From NCBI GenBank assembly GCA_964276515.1, contig OZ193909.1, forward strand, positions 17,732,001 to 17,796,000: 64,000 bases of DNA. The letters are read 5' to 3'. Source of the stretch: Gordius albopunctatus. Taxonomy: Eukaryota. The translations under genes were made by a program, and so were the position numbers. Positions within the stretch are counted from its first letter, which is position 1. Every line of letters begins with the position of its first letter. Shown one piece after another: positions 59,813-64,000 of the stretch. The notes below the pieces were generated by a model that saw only the letters and a program-made list of their open reading frames with translations, searched no databases and was not told where the DNA came from.

Positions 59813-60507
59813 ATAGTGGTTGAAAGATTTTGGGATTGGATAATTTCGGGTCTACCGGGAAAATTTTATTAATCAGGCCGGGTAGCTCTAATGGTTTTGG
59901 CATGGCTGAGCCGACACTTAGAAGGGTTCAGGCGGGCAATTTAGTTAAAAATTTGGACCGGGCCGGGTTCGGTCAGAAAAATTTAAACTACTCCGACCTC
60001 TTTTTGGGACCTCATAAATTCGGGACTAACGGGCAAATTTAATATTTCGGGCCGGTCAATTCGGGCAGCTTTAACGATTCGGGCGGGCCCCGGCGAACAC
60101 TTAGATGGGTTCGGGCGGGCCCGGGCGGGCAATGAAGTTATAAAATTTAGTCGGGCCGGGTTCGGGCAGAAAATTCCCAACAAATCTGACCTCTGCTATA
60201 TTCCCTTATCTAGGCTATTACTTTTTATACTTTTTTCGCTTCAAATAAAAATTTTCTCCATTATATTCCATAGCAAAGTAAGTATTACTAATTTAAATAA
60301 TTTTTTATTATTAAAATTATGTGCCCTTTTTTAATAGTGCTTGAAAAATTTTGGGATTGCATAAATTCTGGTCTAACGTCCAATTTTAATTAATCGGCCC
60401 GGTTGCTTTAATGGGCCAGGCATGGCAGAGCGGACACTTAGAAGGGTTCAGGCGGGCAATTTAGTTAGAAATTTAGACCGGGGGAAGTTCGGATATTCTG
60501 ACCTTTG
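59813..60507. mobile_element. TCGGGC/GGGCCGGG-rich MITE-like element plus a partial tandem copy (related remnants at ~54300-54700 and 59020-59160)
   Basis: Segment gacacttagaagggttcaggcgggcaatttagtta occurs at ~59913 and ~60433; dense subterminal-type repeats. Confidence 0.55.
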
Positions 60508-63500
60508 CAAGTGCGTACCTAGAGAGGGGCAGGTATAGACAGCTACCCTCCTCCTCCCATTTAATTTAAAAATTCTCCAACACTTCAAAAAATCACGTTT
60601 AAAAATTTAAAGAATCCTCATTTTGCACGTCCCTTGTTGATTACCAAACTTTTTGCCCACCCCCGGCCTTCCATAAACTAACTCCTAACATCTTACAAAA
60701 AATCGAATTTATGTTTTCAAATTAAAACAATAAATTAAATTAAACTCGTGATCTTTTAGTAATTGGTGAATCCTGGCTTTAGTAATAGACCCCAGGTGCA
60801 GCAAAGAAGCGTTATATTAAAAGGTCCTCTGGGAATTTTCAAATTAGTTATCGTCGGCTATAGTAAAGTCATAGGCGGGATAAAATGAACGTTCACTGCA
60901 CGTGGTGCTGAGCTGGCTCATGCTCGATTAAATCTCAAATCCCTGAGATGGTATTAACCAATAATATAATATTATTTGTTCACAATCCTGTATGCGTAAT
61001 GGAAGGTTTTATTATGATCTGTCCCCAGCCATTTTTATCAAATAAACGATTGTTAGCTTATTATTTCCTAATAAATTAAAAAATTTATATTTTTCTGCCC
61101 CAAAGGAATTGAAACAATAGCGCCGTTTTCTGATTTTATTAACATCTTCGCCATTTAAATAACGTTAAAGTCAGCAAAAGTCATTGATTTTCAACAAAAT
61201 TTTGTTGATAATTGGTCGTTTTTGCCTTGATAAAAAATTGTGATTAAAAAAAGTACTTTAGCCAACTGGATTTTAGTTTACACATCAAGTCTCGAAGGTT
61301 ATAAATTTGGTAAAAGTTATTAAAAAAATAAACTGAATTGGTTTGACATAACGTAACTATGTCATTTTAATAAAGTTTACCACCTGCGGTTCCCAAAAAT
61401 AAGTTTTATAATTTTATTTTAAAGAATGCATAAAAAATGCAAAATTTTATTAAATTATTGAATTTAGGTAAAATAAGAAATACGTTAAAATTTAAAATGT
61501 TAAAAGTATGGAAAAATAATGGAAATTTGGTATATCTTTTTAATACTGGACGTTTCCACATATTTTTTTAAATAAATGATTTATTTTAGTCACTCCAAAA
61601 ATGTAAACGGAAAAAACAAAAAACAAATTTTCCCCCAAAAGTGTACCACTTTTAATACCAACTGAAAACCCTAATCCTAGTAAACATATTAACTCCCGAC
61701 AATTTTAAATGGCATGCGTAAGAGTTCAAATCCCTAAAGTGAATTTTAAATGGAAGATCAACACTTCATAAAAAATTGTGACAGGGTCAAAAGGCTAATT
61801 TATTTTTTGGCACTTTATCATTTAGATAAAATTAATTGGCGAGATTAAAGGATTAGAGATTTAATTATTTTGTAACCATGTTAATAAAAAAACTCTTTTA
61901 TAAAAATTAAAAATATTTAAAGTTAAATCTAAATTTAAAAATTTGAATGATTAACAATATTGGGAGATATATCTAAATACTATAATAATTGTCTGTCTTA
62001 TTTATTACTTAAAAAAGTTATAATTAAAAACTTTAAAAAACTCATAATATTTTTAGGACAATTTTTTCCTCGTTGATTATATCACGAATCCAAATTTATT
62101 TAATGTTATTAAATTCTTTAATTTCAAAATAAATTTATATAAAAATGCGCATTTTGACTCAAATTTGCCCTTTTTTCAAAATATATATTAAATAATAGCT
62201 GATATTTTGCACAAATGTGGTGGCTATCAATTTTATTTAAAGTCTGCCACCAAAGTTTAGTCAGTTTAATCAATGTATTTGCAATTAAAAATTGCATAAA
62301 TACGTTTAAAAGGCTTAGACTTACGTGTAGGTAGTACATTAACAAACTCATCCCGCATAATATATCATCGAAAAGTGCATTAATTTCAATTAAAATAGTT
62401 ATTAATGTAACACAAGGCTTTAATGGAATTGCATATTTATTTTTACTTTCAACATGTCCAATTATTTCCACTTGACGAGGAGTATCTGTTTATTTAAAAA
62501 CAATTAACCATTTACGATTTCGGTTAATGAAATCGCTATAAATAGTGAACTTACTTTTAACAATTTGACAAATTATTGATTTAAAGGTCAAAATTTTGCA
62601 AAGAAAAAGTTAGTATTTGGAAAGAGAGTTTAAAAATTTTATATCTAAAAATTCACATATTTTTAGAAGCCAATAAATATGACTTTCTTAACTTCTCAAA
62701 CCGTCTGGATTATGTCATTGTATACATAATTACTTTTAATTATCGTAGGAAAATAATAATGTATAAATTTTATTAGAGCTGTTGCGAAAATAGTTAATTT
62801 TATGACTCACATGCGTCATAGTGAATTTAATAGCTGTACAGCGCAATTTCTTCACATGTTGTCCGGCTGTAAATTTTGTGCAATATTTTTATTTCTTCGG
62901 GTAAATAAAAGGGAATTATAGTTTAAAAAATCTGCCACACTTCTATACTAAGCATAATGCTTGCCCAGAAATTAACATGTGCTCTATTACCACTTCACCA
63001 ACGCCTTTCTAATTCAGCCCATATTCCTATATAGGAGACACCTAGATTGAGTTTGGGTTAAAAATCTAAAATTTGGATGGAATTTGGGTTATGAAATTAA
63101 ACAAGTTACCTTTCTGTAGAATTCAATCAAGTTCACCCTGAAAAAAATTTCGTGTTAATAGGAAAAGAAATTTCAAATTCAAACTTTTGGAATTTAATTT
63201 AGACTAAATGATAAGAAAATGCATGCAAGTGACCAATTGTTGCCACAATCAATTTTCTACTAAGGGTTAAGAAATAACGTTCGCTTTCTTGACTCTTTGA
63301 ACAATATTAATAAACCGGGGGCTTCGCCACTGGGGGGGGGCCGAGGATCCGACTTGGAGCCCGTTTTTGGTTTTGGTACATGCTCCTATTTTGGGGATAA
63401 ATGTAGTACATTTGCTATTCAATTTATGCGCAAGATAGGGGGGGGGGGAGGGGCGAGAATGCCTGTGAGGGGAGGGGGCAATGGTCAAGCAGAGAGTCGT

Positions 63501-64000
63501 TGGCCTAAAAGTTAGGCACCCAAACCAACAAAAACTTACACAAGGAAGCCACTGCAAAACAATTACAAATGAGAGGTAAAAAGTTGTTGCAAAAGTTGTA
63601 ATTTGTTAAATATTGATTGGATGAAAGTAATCACGTATTATCCTCAAGGGATGGTTTAAAAAATAGCCCTATTATAATTACATGGCAATGCCTGTTCCGA
63701 CCGCGCCGCAAAAATCTAACAGGTGCTCAAAAAAGTTTATTAATAGGCGTGAAAAAGGCCAAATAGTCCTATAATTATATGAGAGCAAAATATGGAAAAA
63801 AATTGTTTCACACTCTGGCCAGTGGTCATTTATTCTATTAGTTCAGCAGCCAGCAGACGGCCAAATAGCCTGTAATTATATAAGGGCAAAATACAGGGAA
63901 AAAATTTCGATACACGTGTCGTATCCCGGAGAATAATAATATATCCGGGGGATACGATTTGTAATCTATGAGAATCGGGTGTTCATTGGGCAGAGGTAAT

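Noticed and set aside
59830..60183. ORFs rich in P/A/R/G
   Set aside because: Translations of MITE subterminal repeats.
62124..62471. 115-aa minus-strand ORF
   Set aside because: No recognisable domain or splice context; possibly a decayed transposase fragment but not supportable.
62681..62775. Possible U12 branch point (tttcttaac) and acceptor for Cav exon 2
   Set aside because: Using the AC acceptor gives an early stop in the required phase, and the alternative frame (RLDYVIVYIITFNYRRK) lacks the NC.TL motif of IS1.

Overview
AT-rich, intron-rich invertebrate animal nuclear DNA (not prokaryotic), dense in transposon debris. Host genes reconstructed by hand from splice sites and reading-frame phase: a 14-exon UFSP2 (Ufm1-specific protease, minus, 5450-13458); an orphan gene whose 3' part is a tandem array of 14 short GT-AG exons of 42-56 nt (minus, about 21553-23685); a large multi-exon low-complexity protein (plus, 29320-38293); a minimal 66-aa MRNIP (minus, 42167-42367); and the first coding exon of a voltage-gated calcium channel alpha-1 subunit, probably Cav3/T-type, ending at a U12-type ATATCCTT donor (plus, 56761-57047). 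Mobile DNA includes a Ty3/Gypsy pol, RTE LINE copies (one with a clean 14-bp TSD), DIRS-like remnants, two decayed hAT transposases, a non-autonomous Helitron and many MITEs, some nested with 8-bp TSDs. The most unusual element is the 251-bp exon-intron tandem array at 21.5-23.2 kb. It looks like a recently amplified micro-exon gene and is invisible to the ORF track. All gene models are manual predictions without transcript evidence.
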